A DNA stretch of 64,000 nucleotides from the human T2T-CHM13v2.0 reference genome, Homo sapiens. The DNA lies in assembly GCF_009914755.1 (NCBI RefSeq), contig NC_060940.1. One strand, given 5' to 3'. Made by a program: the position numbers and the translations under genes. Of this stretch, positions 46,516 through 60,761 are shown piece by piece (within the stretch, counting starts at the first letter, position 1; the number at the start of each line of letters is the position of its first letter). The notes beneath the pieces were generated by a model that saw only the letters and a program-made list of their open reading frames with translations, searched no databases and had not been told where the DNA came from.

Positions 46516-47435
46516 GAGTCTACTCGATGATTCCATTCGAGTCCATTTAATGAATCCATTGGTTTCAATTCTATGATGATTACATTGGATTCCATTCGTT
46601 GATGATTTCATTCGGTTCCATTCAATGATGATTCCATTCAATTCTTTTCAATGTTTCCATTCAATTCCATACGATGATGATTCCATTTGATTTGTTTCGA
46701 CAGTGAGCCATTCGATTCAATTCCATGATGATTCTATTTGATTCCATTGGTTGACATTTCCATTCGATTCCATTCGATGATGATTCCCTTTGATTCCATT
46801 CAAAGATGATTCCATTCTAGCCCATTCAATCATTCCATTCGATTCTATTCAATGATGATTCCATTCATGTCGATTTGGTGATTCCATTTGACTTCATTTG
46901 ATGATGATTCCTTTCAAGTTCATTAGATGATTCCATTCGATTCCATTTGATGATGATCCCATTCGAGTCCATTCAGTGATTCCACTCGTTTCCATTCCAT
47001 GATGATTCCATTCCATTCCATGCAATGATTCCATTCGATTCCGTTTGATGATGATTTCATTCGAGTCCATTTGATGATTCCATTTGATTCCATTCAATGA
47101 TGATTCCATTCGAGTCCATTCGATGATTCTATTCGAATCCATTTGATGATATCTTTTGATTATAGTTGGTGATGATTCCATTGGAGTCCATTCAATGATT
47201 CCATTCGATTCCAATCGATGGTGATTCCATTAGAGTCCATTTAATGATTCCATTTGATTCCAGTCTCTGATGATTACATTCGAGACCATACGATGATTCC
47301 ACTCAATTCCATATGATGATGATTCCATTCGATTCCATTCGATGATTCCATTCTATTCTATTCAATGGTGATTCCATTCGATTCCATTCAATGATGATTC
47401 TATTTGTGTCCCTTAGATGATTCCACATGATTCCA

Positions 47436-50400
47436 TTAGATGATGATACTATTTGAGCCCATCCAATGATTCCCTTCGATTCCATTCGATGAGGATTCCA
47501 TTCGATTCAATTCATTGGTGATTCTATTCAATTCAATTCTTTGATTCCATTCCATTCCATTCGACAATGATTCCATTCGATTTCTTTCGATGATTCCACT
47601 CGATTCCACTTGACGTTGATTCCATTCAATTCCATTCAATGATTCCATTTGATTCCAGTGGATGATGATTGCCATCGATTCCATTCGATCACTCCATTCT
47701 ATTCCATTTGATGATGATTACATTCGATTCCATTTGATGATTCCATCTGATTCTATTCGAGGATTCCATTTGATTCCATTCGATGATGATTCCATTCGAG
47801 TCCATTCGATGATTTCATTCGAGTACATCCAATGATTCCATTCGAGTCCATTTGATGATTCCATTTGATTCCATTTGATTATGATTCTACTAGAGTCCAT
47901 TCAATGACTCCATTCGAGTCCATTCAACAATTCCATTCGACTCCATTCGATGATTCCATTCGATTCCATTTGATGATTCCATTCGAGTCCATTTAATCAT
48001 TACAGTCGAGTCCATTTGGTGATTCCGCTGGATTTCCTTTGATAATGATACCATTCAATTACATTTGATGATGATCCCATTCAATTTCATTTGATGATGA
48101 TTCCATTAGAGTCCATTCGATGATTTTATTCGAGTCCCTTCATTGATTCCATCCGATTTCATTGGATGATGACTCCATTCGAGTCCATTCGATGATTCCA
48201 CTCGATTCCATTAGATGATTCCATTGGAGTCCATTTGATTGTTCCATTCGATTCCATTCGATTCCTTTCGAAGATTATTCCATTTGAGTCCATTCGATGA
48301 TGATTCCATTCCATTCCATTCGATGATTCCGTTTGATTCCATTCGATGATTCCCTTCGATTCCTTTCTTTGATGATTCCATTCCATTCCATTCAATGATT
48401 CCATTCGAATCTATTCCATGATGATTCCTTTCGATTCCATTCGCTGTTTCCGTTCAATTCCATTCGATGATGATTCCATTCGATTCCATTCATTGAGGAT
48501 TCCATTTGATTCCATTCAATGATGATTCCATTCTATTCCATTCAAAGATTGCATTCAATTCCATTTAATGATTATCCCATTAGTGTAAACTCAACGATTC
48601 CATTCAATACCATTCGATGATGATTCCTTTTGAGTCCATTCAATGATTTCATTCAAGTCCATTTGATGATTCCTTTCAATTCCATTCTATGATGATTCCA
48701 TTCGAGTCCATTCGATGATTCCATTCGATTGCATTCGATGATTCCATTATATTCCATTCAACGGTGATTCCATTCGAGTCCATTCCATGATTCCATTAGA
48801 GTACATTTAATGATTGCTTTGTTTTCAATTCGAAGATGATTACATTCGATTCCATTCTATGATACCATTCGATTCCATTCAATGATGACTCCACTCAAAT
48901 CCATTGGATGATTCCATTCGTGTCCATTCGGTGATTTCATTAGATTCCATTCGAGGATGATTCCATTCGATTCCATTCGATGATTCCATTCAATTCCATT
49001 CGATGATGATTCCATTCCAGTCCATATGATCATTCCATTTGATTTCATTCGATGATGATTCCATTCGATTCCGTTCGACGATTCCATTCTATTCCATTCG
49101 ATGATGATTCCATTCGAGTCCATTCGATGATTCCATTCGAGTCCATTTAATGATTCCATTGGGTTCAATTCAATGATGATTACATTGGATTCCGTTCTAT
49201 GATTCCATTCAATTCCGTTCATTGACAATTTGATTCCATTCGATGATGATTCCATTTGAGTTCATTCGATGATTCTATTCGATTCTCTTCGATGGTGATT
49301 CAATTCTATTATATTGGATGATTCCATTCGATTCCATTTGATGTTGATTCAATTCGATTCTATTCGATGATGATTCCATTGGATTTCACTTGATGATTCT
49401 ATTCGATTCCATTCAATGATGATTCACTTCTCGTCCATTGGATGATTCCATTTCATTCCATTCGATGATGATTCCATTCGATTCCATTCGATGATTCCAT
49501 TTGATTCCATGCGACGGTGAGCAATTCGATTCAATTCCATGATGATTCTATTTGATTCAATTAGATGATGTTTCCATTCGAATCCATTCCATGATTATTC
49601 CATTGGAATCCATTCGGCGATGATTCCATATGAGTCAATTCAATGATGATTGCATATGGGTCCGTTCGATGATAATTCCATTTGATTTCATTCGATGCTT
49701 CTATTCTATTCCAGTCGATGATGATTCCGTTGGAGTCCATACGATGATTCCACTTGATTTCATTTGATGATGATTCCATTCGATGACGATTACATTGGAT
49801 TCCATTCTATGATTCCATTCAATTCCATTCGTTGATGATTCGATTCCATTCAATGATGATTCCATTTGAGTTCATTCGATGATTCTATTCGATTCCATTC
49901 TATGGTGATTCAATTCCCTTATATTGGATGATTCGACTCGATTCCATTTGATGATTATTCCATTGGAGTCCACTTAGTGAATCCTTTAGATTCTACTCTA
50001 CGATGATTCCATTCGAGTCCATTCGATGATACCATTCAATTCCATTCGTTGATGCTTCCATTCAAGTGCATTCGATGATATCATTCGATTCCATTTGATG
50101 ATAATTCCATTTGATTCCATGCGATGATTCTATTCGATTCCATTCAATGATAATTCCATTCAATTCAGTGATTCCTCTGGACTCCATTTGATGATGATTC
50201 CATTCAATGATTCCATTCGATTCTATTCGAAAATGATTTCATTTGAATCCATTTGATGATGATTCCATTAGATTCCATTTGATGATTCCATTCGATTCCA
50301 TTCGACGATGATTCCATTCGATTCCGTTTGATGATTCCATTCTATTCTATTCGATGATGATTCCATTCGATTCCATTCGATGATGATTGGATTCGATTCC

Positions 50401-53400
50401 ATTTGATGATTTCATTTGATTCCATTCGTTAATGATTTCGATCAATTCCATTCGATGATTCCATTCGATTCCATTCGATAATGATTACATCCGAGTCCAT
50501 TCGATGATTCCCTTTGAGCCTGTTCGATAATTCCATTTGAGTCCAACCAATGATTCCATTCATTTCCATTCAATGATTCCATTCGAGTCCATTTGATCAT
50601 TCCGGTAGGGTCCATTCGATGTTGATTCCATTGGAGTGCATTCGATGATTCCATTCGAGTCCATTTTAGGATTTGATTCGAGTCCTTTCGATGATTCCAT
50701 TCGATTCCACTCGATGATGATTTCATTCGAGTCCATTCGACACTTCCAATCGATTCCATTTGATGATTCCATTCGAGTCCAATTGATGATTCCATTCAAT
50801 TCCATTCGATGATGATTCCGTACGATTCCATTCTGTGATGATTCCATGTGATTGCATTCAATGATGATTCCTTTCGATTGCATTCGATTATGATTCATTT
50901 CGTGTTCATTCTATGGTTCCACAGGTTTCCATTCGTGTCCATTCCATTATTCCATTCTATTCCATTTGATGATGATTCCATTCGATTCCATTCATTGGTG
51001 ATTCCACTCAATTCCATTCAATGATTCCATTCCATTTCTTTCAACAATGATTCCATTAGTTTCTAATCGATGATCCACTTGATTCCATTTGACGACGATT
51101 CCATTCTTGTCCATTTGATGATTCCATTTGATTCCATATGATGATGATTCCATTCGATTCCATACCATGATGATTCCATTCGAGTCCATTCAATGGTGAT
51201 TCCATTCAATTCCATTCGATGATTCCTTTTGATTCCATTCGATGATGATGGCATTCGATTCCTTTCAATCATTCCCTTTGATTCCATTCAAAGGTGATTT
51301 CATTCAAGTCCATTCGATAATTGCATTCGATTCCATTCTATGATGATTCCATTCGAGTCCATTTGATGATTCCATTCAATTCAAGTCAATGATGATTCCA
51401 TTCGATTCCAATCGATGATTCCATTGGATTCCATTCGATGATGATTCCATTCAAATCCATTCGATAATTCAATTCAAGTCCATTCGATGATGATTCCAAT
51501 CGAATCCATTCAAAGATTCCATTCAGTTCCATTCGATGATTCCCTTAGATTCCATTCGATGATTCCACTTGATTGCATTTACGATGATTCCATTCGATTC
51601 CATGTGATGATTCCATTCAATTCTATTCAATGATGTCTCCATTTGATTCCATTCGACCATGATTGCCTTTGATTCCATTCAATGATTCCATTCGGTTCCG
51701 TTTGATGATGATTCCGTTCGATTCCATTTGATGATTCCATTTGATTCCATTGGATGAGTCCATTCGATTACATTCGATGATTATTCCATTCGAGTGCATT
51801 AGATGATTCCATTCGAGTCCATTCGATGATTCCATTCGATTCCATTCGATGTTGATTCTGTTCAAATCCATTCGATGATTCCACTCGATTCCATTCGTTG
51901 ACTCCATTTGATCCCATTCGATGATTTCCTTTGATTCCCTTTGATGATCATTCCATTTGATTCAATTCGGTGATTTCATTTGATTCCATTCAGTGATGTT
52001 TCCATTCGACTCCATTCGATGATGATTCCATTCGACTCCATTCGATTATGATTTCATTCAATTCCATTCGATAATGATTCCCTTCGAGTCCATTCGATGA
52101 TTCCATTCGATTCCATTCAACGATGATTTGATTCGTGTCCATTCGATGATTCCATTTGATTCCACTTGATGATGATTCCATTCGAGTCCATTTGATGATT
52201 CCATTCAATTCCATACTCCGATGATTTCTTTTGAGCCCACTCAATGCTTCCACTCGATTCCATATGATGATGACTCCATTCGATGAAATTCGATGATGAT
52301 TCCATTCGCTTGCTTTCGATGATGATTCCACTTGAGTCCGTTAGAAGATTCTATTCAATTACATTCCAGGACGATTCCGTTCGAGTCCATTTGATGATTC
52401 CATTAGACTCCATTCGACGATGATTCCATTCGATGTTATTCGATGATTCCATTTGATCTCATTCGATGATGATTCCATTCAACTCCATTCGATGTTTCCA
52501 TTCGAGTTCATTCTATTATTCCATTAGATTCCATTCGATGATGATTCCATTCGATTCCATTTGATGATTGCATTCTATTTCATTTGATGATGATTCCATT
52601 CGAGTCCACTCGATGATTCCATTCGAGTCCATTTAATGAATCCATTGGTTTCAATTCTATGATGATTACATTGGATTCCATTCGTTGATGATTTCATTCG
52701 GTTCCATTCAATGATGATTCCATTCAATTCCTTTCAATGATTCCATTCAATTCCATACGATGATGATTCCATTTGATTTGATTCGACAGTGAGCCATTCG
52801 ATTCAATTCCATGATGATTCTATTTGATTCAATTTGTTGACATTTCCATTCGATTCCATTCGATGATGATTCCCTTTGATTCCGTTCCAAGATGATTCCA
52901 TTCTAGCCCATTCAATGATTCCATTCGATTCTATTCAATGATGATTCCATTCATGTCGATTTGGTGATTCCATTTGACTTCATTTGATGATGATTCCTTT
53001 CAAGTTCATTAGATGATTCCATTCGATTCCATTTGATGATGATCCCATTCGAGTCCATTCAGTGATTCCATTCGTTTCCATTCCATGATGATTCCATTCC
53101 TTTCCATTCAATGATTCCATTCGATTCCGTTTGATGATGATTTCATTCGAGTCCATTTGATGATTCCATTTGATTCCATTCGATGATGATTCCATTCGAG
53201 TCCATTCGATGATTCTATTCGAATCCATTTGATGATTTCTTTTGATTATATTTGGTGATGATTCCATTGGAGTCCATTCAATGATTCCATTCTATTCCAA
53301 TCGATGATGATTCCATTAGAGTCCATTTAATGATTCCATTTGATTCCAGTCTCTGATGATTACATTCGAGTCCATACGATGATTCCACTCAATTCCATAT

Positions 53401-53544
53401 GATGATGATTCCATTTGATTCCATTCGGTGATTCCATTCTATTCTATTCAATGGTGATTCCATTCGAGTACATTAGATGATTCCATTCGATTCCATTCAA
53501 TGATGATTCTATTTGTGTCCCTTAGATGATTCCACATGATTCCA
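47436..53544 (+). repeat. Complete canonical higher-order unit (6,112 bp; this copy 6,109 bp)
   Basis: Landmark ORFs recur at exactly 6,112 bp: 49255/55367, 50898/57010, 51189/57301, 51907/58019 and 52331/58443. The 47684/53793 offset is 6,109 because of a 3-bp deletion near 48445 (cgctgtttcc vs cgctgatgtttcc). Confidence 0.93.
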
Positions 53545-56500
53545 TTAGATGATGATACTATTTGAGCCCATCCAATGATTCCCTTCGATTCCATTCGATG
53601 AGGATTCCATTCGATTCAATTCATTGGTGATTCTATTCAATTCAATTCTTTGATTCCATTCCATTCCATTCGACAATGATTCCATTCGATTTCTTTCGAT
53701 GATTCCACTCGATTCCACTTGACATTGATTCCATTCGATTCCATTCAATGATTCCATTTGATTCCAGTGGATGATGATTGCCATCGATTCCATTCGATCA
53801 CTCCATTCTATTCCATTTGATGATGATTACATTCGATTCCATTTGATGATTCCATCTGATTCTATTCGAGGATTCCATTTGATTCCATTCGCTGATGATT
53901 CCATTCGAGTCCATTCGATGATTTCATTCGAGTACATCCAATGATTCCATTCGAGTCCATTAGATGATTCCATTTGATTCCATTTGAAAATGATTCTACT
54001 AGAGTCCATTCAATGACTCCATTCGAGTCCATTCAACAATTCCATTCGACTCCATTCGATGATTCCATTCGATTCCATTTGATGGTTCCATTCGAGTCCA
54101 TTTAATCATTACAGTCGAGTCCATTTGGTGATTCCACTGGATTTCTTTTGATAATGATACCATTCAATTACATTTGATGATGATCCCATTCAATTTCATT
54201 TGATGATGATTCCATTAGAGTCCATTCGATGATTTCATTCGAGTCCCTTCATTGATTCCATCCGATTTCATTGGATGATGACTCCATTCGAGTCCATTCG
54301 ATGATTCCACTCGATTCCATTAGATGACTCCATTGGAGTCCATTTGATTGTTCCATTCGATTCCATTCGATTCCTTTCGAAGATTATTCCATTTGAGTCC
54401 ATTCGATGATGATTCCATTCCATTCCATTCGATGATTCCGTTTGATTCCATTCGATGATTCCCTTCGATTCCTTTCTTTGATGATTCCATTCCATTCCAT
54501 TCAATGATTCCATTCGAATCTATTCCATGATGATTCCTTTCGATTCCATTCGCTGATGTTTCCGTTCAATTCCATTCGATGATGATTCCATTCGATTCCA
54601 TTCATTGAGGATTCCATTTGATTCCATTCAATGATGATTCCATTCTATTCCATTCAATGATTGCATTCAATTCCATTCAATGATTATCCCATTAGAGTAA
54701 ACTCAACGATTCCATTCAATACCATTCGATGATGATTCCTTTTGAGTCCATTCAATGATTTCATTCAAGTCCATTTGATGATTCCTTTCAATTCCATTCT
54801 ATGATGATTCCATTCGAGTCCATTCGATGATTCCATTCGATTGCATTCGATGATTCCATTATATTCCATTCAATGGTGATTCCATTCGAGTCCATTCGAT
54901 GATTCCATTAGAGTACATTTAATGATTGCTTTGTTTTCAATTCGAAGATGATTACATTGGATTCCATTCTATGATACCATTCGATTCCATTCAATGATGA
55001 TTCCACTCAAATCCATTGGATGATTCCATTCGTGTCCATTCGGTGATTTCATTAGATTCCATTCGAGGATGATTCCATTCGATTCCATTCGATGATTCCA
55101 TTCAATTCCATTCGATGATGATTCCATTCCAGTCCATATGATCATTCCATTTGATTTCATTCGATGATGATTCCATTCGATTCCATTCGATGATTCCATT
55201 CTATTCCATTCGATGATGATTCCATTCGAGTCCATTCGATGATTCCATTCGAGTCCATTTAATGATTCCATTGGGTTCAATTCAATGATGATTACATTGG
55301 ATTCCGTTCTATGATTCCATTCAATTCCGTTCATTGACAATTTGATTCCATTCGATGATGATTCCATTTGAGTTCATTCGATGATTCTATTCGATTCTCT
55401 TCGATGGTGATTCAATTCTATTATATTGGATGATTCCATTCGATTCCATTTGATGTTGATTCAATTCGATTCTATTCGATGATGATTCCATTGGATTTCA
55501 CTTGATGATTCTATTCGATTCCATTCAATGATGATTCACTTCTCGTCCATTGGATGATTCCATTTCATTCCATTCGATGATGATTCCATTCGATTCCATT
55601 CGATGATTCCATTTGATTCCATGCGACGGTGAGCAATTCGATTCAATTCCATGATGATTCTATTTGATTCAATTAGATGATGTTTCCATTCGAATCCATT
55701 CCATGATTATTCCATTGGAATCCATTCGGCGATGATTCCATATGAGTCAATTCAATGATGATTGCATATGGGTCCGTTCGATGATAATTCCATTTGATTT
55801 CATTCGATGCTTCTATTCTATTCCAGTCGATGATGATTCCGTTGGAGTCCATACGATGATTCCACTTGATTTCATTTGATGATGATTCCATTCGATGACG
55901 ATTACATTGGATTCCATTGTATGATTCCATTCAATTCCATTCGTTGATGATTCGATTCCATTCAATGATGATTCCATTTGAGTTCATTCGATGATTCTAT
56001 TCGATTCCATTCTATGGTGATTCAATTCCCTTATATTGGATGATTCGACTCGATTCCATTTGATGATTATTCCATTGGAGTCCACTTAGTGAATCCTTTA
56101 GATTCTACTCGACGATGATTCCATTCGAGTCCATTCGATGATACCATTCAATTCCATTCGTTGATGCTTCCATTCAAGTGCATTCGATGATATCATTCGA
56201 TTCCATTTGATGATAATTCCATTTGATTCCATGCGATGATTCTATTCGATTCCATTCAATGATAATTCCATTCAATTCAGTGATTCCTCTGGACTCCATT
56301 TGATGATGATTCCATTCAATGATTCCATTCGATTCTATTCGAAAATGATTCCATTTGAATCCATTTGATGATGATTCCATTAGATTCCATTTGATGATTC
56401 CATTCGATTCCATTCGACGATGATTCCATTCGATTCCGTTTGATGATTCCATTCTATTCTATTCGATGATGATTCCATTCGATTCCATTCGATGATGATT

Positions 56501-59500
56501 GGATTCGATTCCATTTGATGATTTCATTTGATTCCATTCGTTAATGATTTCGATCAATTCCATTCGATGATTCCATTCGATTCCATTCGATAATGATTAC
56601 ATCCGAGTCCATTCGATGATTCCCTTTGAGCCTGTTCGATAATTCCATTTGAGTCCAACCAATGATTCCATTCATTTCCATTCAATGATTCCATTCGAGT
56701 CCATTTGATCATTCCGGTAGGGTCCATTCGATGTTGATTCCATTGGAGTGCATTCGATGATTCCATTCGAGTCCATTTTAGGATTTGATTCGAGTCCTTT
56801 CGATGATTCCATTCGATTCCACTCGATGATGATTTCATTCGAGTCCATTCGACACTTCCAATCGATTCCATTTGATGATTCCATTCGAGTCCAATTGATG
56901 ATTCCATTCAATTCCATTCGATGATGATTCCGTACGATTCCATTCTGTGATGATTCCATGTGATTGCATTCAATGATGATTCCTTTCGATTGCATTCGAT
57001 TATGATTCATTTCGTGTTCATTCTATGGTTCCACAGGTTTCCATTCGTGTCCATTCCATTATTCCATTCTATTCCATTTGATGATGATTCCATTCGATTC
57101 CATTCATTGGTGATTCCACTCAATTCCATTCAATGATTCCATTCCATTTCTTTCAACAATGATTCCATTAGTTTCTAATCGATGATCCACTTGATTCCAT
57201 TTGACGACGATTCCATTCTTGTCCATTCGATGATTCCATTTGATTCCATATGATGATGATTCCATTCGATTCCATACGATGATGATTCCATTCGAGTCCA
57301 TTCAATGGTGATTCCATTCAATTCCATTCGATGATTCCTTTTGATTCCATTCGATGATGATGGCATTCGATTCCTTTCAATCATTCCCTTTGATTCCATT
57401 CAAAGGTGATTTCATTCAAGTATATTCGATAATTGCATTCGATTCCATTCTATGATGATTCCATTCGAGTCCATTTGATGATTCCATTCAATTCAAGTCA
57501 ATGATGATTCCATTCGATTCCATTCGATGATTCCATTGGATTCCATTCGATGATGATTCCATTCAAATCCATTCGATAATTCAATTCAAGTCCATTCGAT
57601 GATGATTCCAATCGAATCCATTCAAAGATTCCATTCAGTTCCATTCGATGATTCCCTTAGATTCCATTCGATGATTCCACTTGATTGCATTTACGATGAT
57701 TCCATTCGATTCCATGTGATGATTCCATTCAATTCTATTCAATGATGTCTCCATTTGATTCCATTCGACCATGATTGCCTTTGATTCCATTCAATGATTC
57801 CATTCGGTTCCGTTTGATGATGATTCCGTTCGATTCCATTTGATGATTCCATTTGATTCCATTGGATGAGTCCATTCGATTACATTCGATGATTATTCCA
57901 TTCGAGTGCATTAGATGATTCCATTCGAGTCCATTCGATGATTCCATTCGATTCCATTCGATGTTGATTCTGTTCAAATCCATTCGATGATTCCACTCGA
58001 TTCCATTCGTTGACTCCATTTGATCCCATTCGATGATTTCCTTTGATTCCCTTTGATGATCATTCCATTTGATTCAATTCGGTGATTTCATTTGATTCCA
58101 TTCAGTGATGTTTCCATTCGACTCCATTCGATGATGATTCCATTCGACTCCATTCGATTATGATTTCATTCAATTCCATTCGATAATGATTCCCTTCGAG
58201 TCCATTCGATGATTCCATTCGATTCCATTCAACGATGATTTGATTCGTGTCCATTCGATGATTCCATTTGATTCCACTTGATGATGATTCCATTCGAGTC
58301 CATTTGATGATTCCATTCAATTCCATACTCCGATGATTTCTTTTGAGCCCACTCAATGCTTCCACTCGATTCCATATGATGATGACTCCATTCGATGAAA
58401 TTCGATGATGATTCCATTCGCTTGCTTTCGATGATGATTCCACATGAGTCCGTTAGAAGATTCTATTCAATTACATTCCATGACGATTCCGTTCGAGTCC
58501 ATTTGATGATTCCATTAGACTCCATTCGACGATGATTCCATTCGATGTTATTCGATGATTCCATTCGATCTCATTCGATGATGATTCCATTCAACTCCAT
58601 TCGATGTTTCCATTCGAGTTCATTCTATTGTTCCATTAGATTCCATTCGATGATGATTCCATTCGATTCCATTTGATGATTGCATTCTATTTCATTTGAT
58701 GATGATTCCATTCGAGTCCACTCGATGATTCCATTCGAGTCCATTTAATGAATCCATTGGTTTCAATTCTATGATGATTACATTGGATTCCATTCGTTGA
58801 TGATTTCATTCGGTTCCATTCAATGATGATTCCATTCAATTCCTTTCAATGTTTCCATTCAATTCCATACGATGATGATTCCATTTGATTTGATTCGACA
58901 GTGAGCCATTCGATTCAATTCCATGATGATTCTATTTGATTCAATTGGTTGACATTTCCATTCGATTCCATTCGATGATGATTCCCTTTGATTCCGTTCA
59001 AAGATGATTCCATTCTAGCCCATTCAATCATTCCATTCGATTCTATTCGATGATGATTCCATTGGATTTCACTTGATGATTCTATTCGATTCCATTCAAT
59101 GATGATTCACTTCTCGTCCATTGGATGATTCCATTTCATTCCATTCGATGATGATTCCATTCGATTCCATTCGATGATTCCATTTGATTCCATGCGTCGG
59201 TGAGCAATTCGATTCAATTCCATGATGATTCTATTTGATTCAATTAGATGATGTTTCCATTCGAATCCATTCCATGATTATTCCATTGGAATCCATTCGG
59301 CGATGATTCCATGTGAGTCAATTCAATGATGATTCCATATGGGTCCGTTCGATGATAATTCCATTTGATTTCATTCGATGCTTCTATTCTATTCCAGTCG
59401 ATGATGATTCCGTTGGAGTCCATACGATGATTCCATTGGATTTCATTTGATGATGATTCCATTCGATGATGATTACATTGGATTCCATTCTATGACTCCA

Positions 59501-60761
59501 TTCAATTCCATTCGTTGATGATTCGATTCCATTCAAAGATGATTCCATTCTAGCCCATTCAATCATTCCATTCGATTCTATTCAATGATGATTCCATTCA
59601 TGTCGATTTGGTGATTCCATTTGACTTCATTTGATGATGATTCCTTTCAAGTTCATTAGATGATTCCATTCGATTCCATTTGATGATGATCCCATTCGAG
59701 TCCACTCAGTCATTCCATTCGTTTCCATTCCATGATGATTCCATTCCATTCCATTCAATGATTCCATTCGATTCCATTTGATGATTGCATTCTATTTCAT
59801 TTGATGATGATTCCATTCGAGTCCACTCGATGATTCCATTCGAGTCCATTTAATGAATCCATTGGTTTCAATTCTATGATGATTACATTGGATTCCATTC
59901 GTTGATGATTTCATTCGGTTCCATTCAATGATGATTCCATTCAATTCCTTTCAATGTTTCCATTCAATTCCATACGATGATGATTCCATTTGGTTTGATT
60001 CGACAGTGAGCCATTCGATTCAATTCCATGATGATTCTATTTGATTCAATTGGTGGACATTTCCATTCGATTCCATTCGATGATGATTCCCTTTGATTCC
60101 GTTCAAAGATGATTCCATTCTAGCCCATTCAATCATTCCATTCGATTCTATTCAATGATGATTCCATTCATGTCGATTTGGTGATTCCATTTGACTTCAT
60201 TTGATGATGATTCCTTTCAAGTTCATTAGATGATTCCATTCGATTCCATTTGATGATGATCCCATTCGAGTCCATTCAGTGATTCCATTCGTTTCCATTC
60301 CATGATGATTCCATTCCTTTCCATTCAATGATTCCATTCGATTCCGTTTGATGATGATTTCATTCGAGTCCATTTGATGATTCCATTTGATTCCATTCGA
60401 TGATGATTCCATTCGAGTCCATTCGATGATTCTATTCGAATCCATTTGATGATTTCTTTTGATTATATTTGGTGATGATTCCATTGGAGTCCATTCAATG
60501 ATTCCATTCTATTCCAATCGATGATGATTCCATTAGAGTCCATTTAATGATTCCATTTGATTCCAGTCTCTGATGATTACATTCGAGTCCATACGATGAT
60601 TCCACTCAATTCCATATGATGATGATTCCATTTGATTCCATTCGGTGATTCCATTCTATTCTATTCAATGGTGATTCCATTCGAGTACATTAGATGATTC
60701 CATTCGATTCCATTCAATGATGATTCTATTTGTGTCCCTTAGATGATTCCACATGATTCCA
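53545..60761 (+). repeat. 7,217-bp variant unit (6,112 + 1,105-bp composite insertion)
   Basis: Offsets 53267/60484, 53793/61010, 54009/61226 and 56452/63669 all equal 7,217. The extra sequence lies at 58673-59777. Confidence 0.92.

Noticed and set aside
47436-58672. Definitive assignment to human chr16
   Set aside because: The 6,112-bp period fits my recollection of chr16 HSat2B, but related HSat2B sequence exists elsewhere. Alignment to T2T assemblies is needed, so this is kept only as probable.
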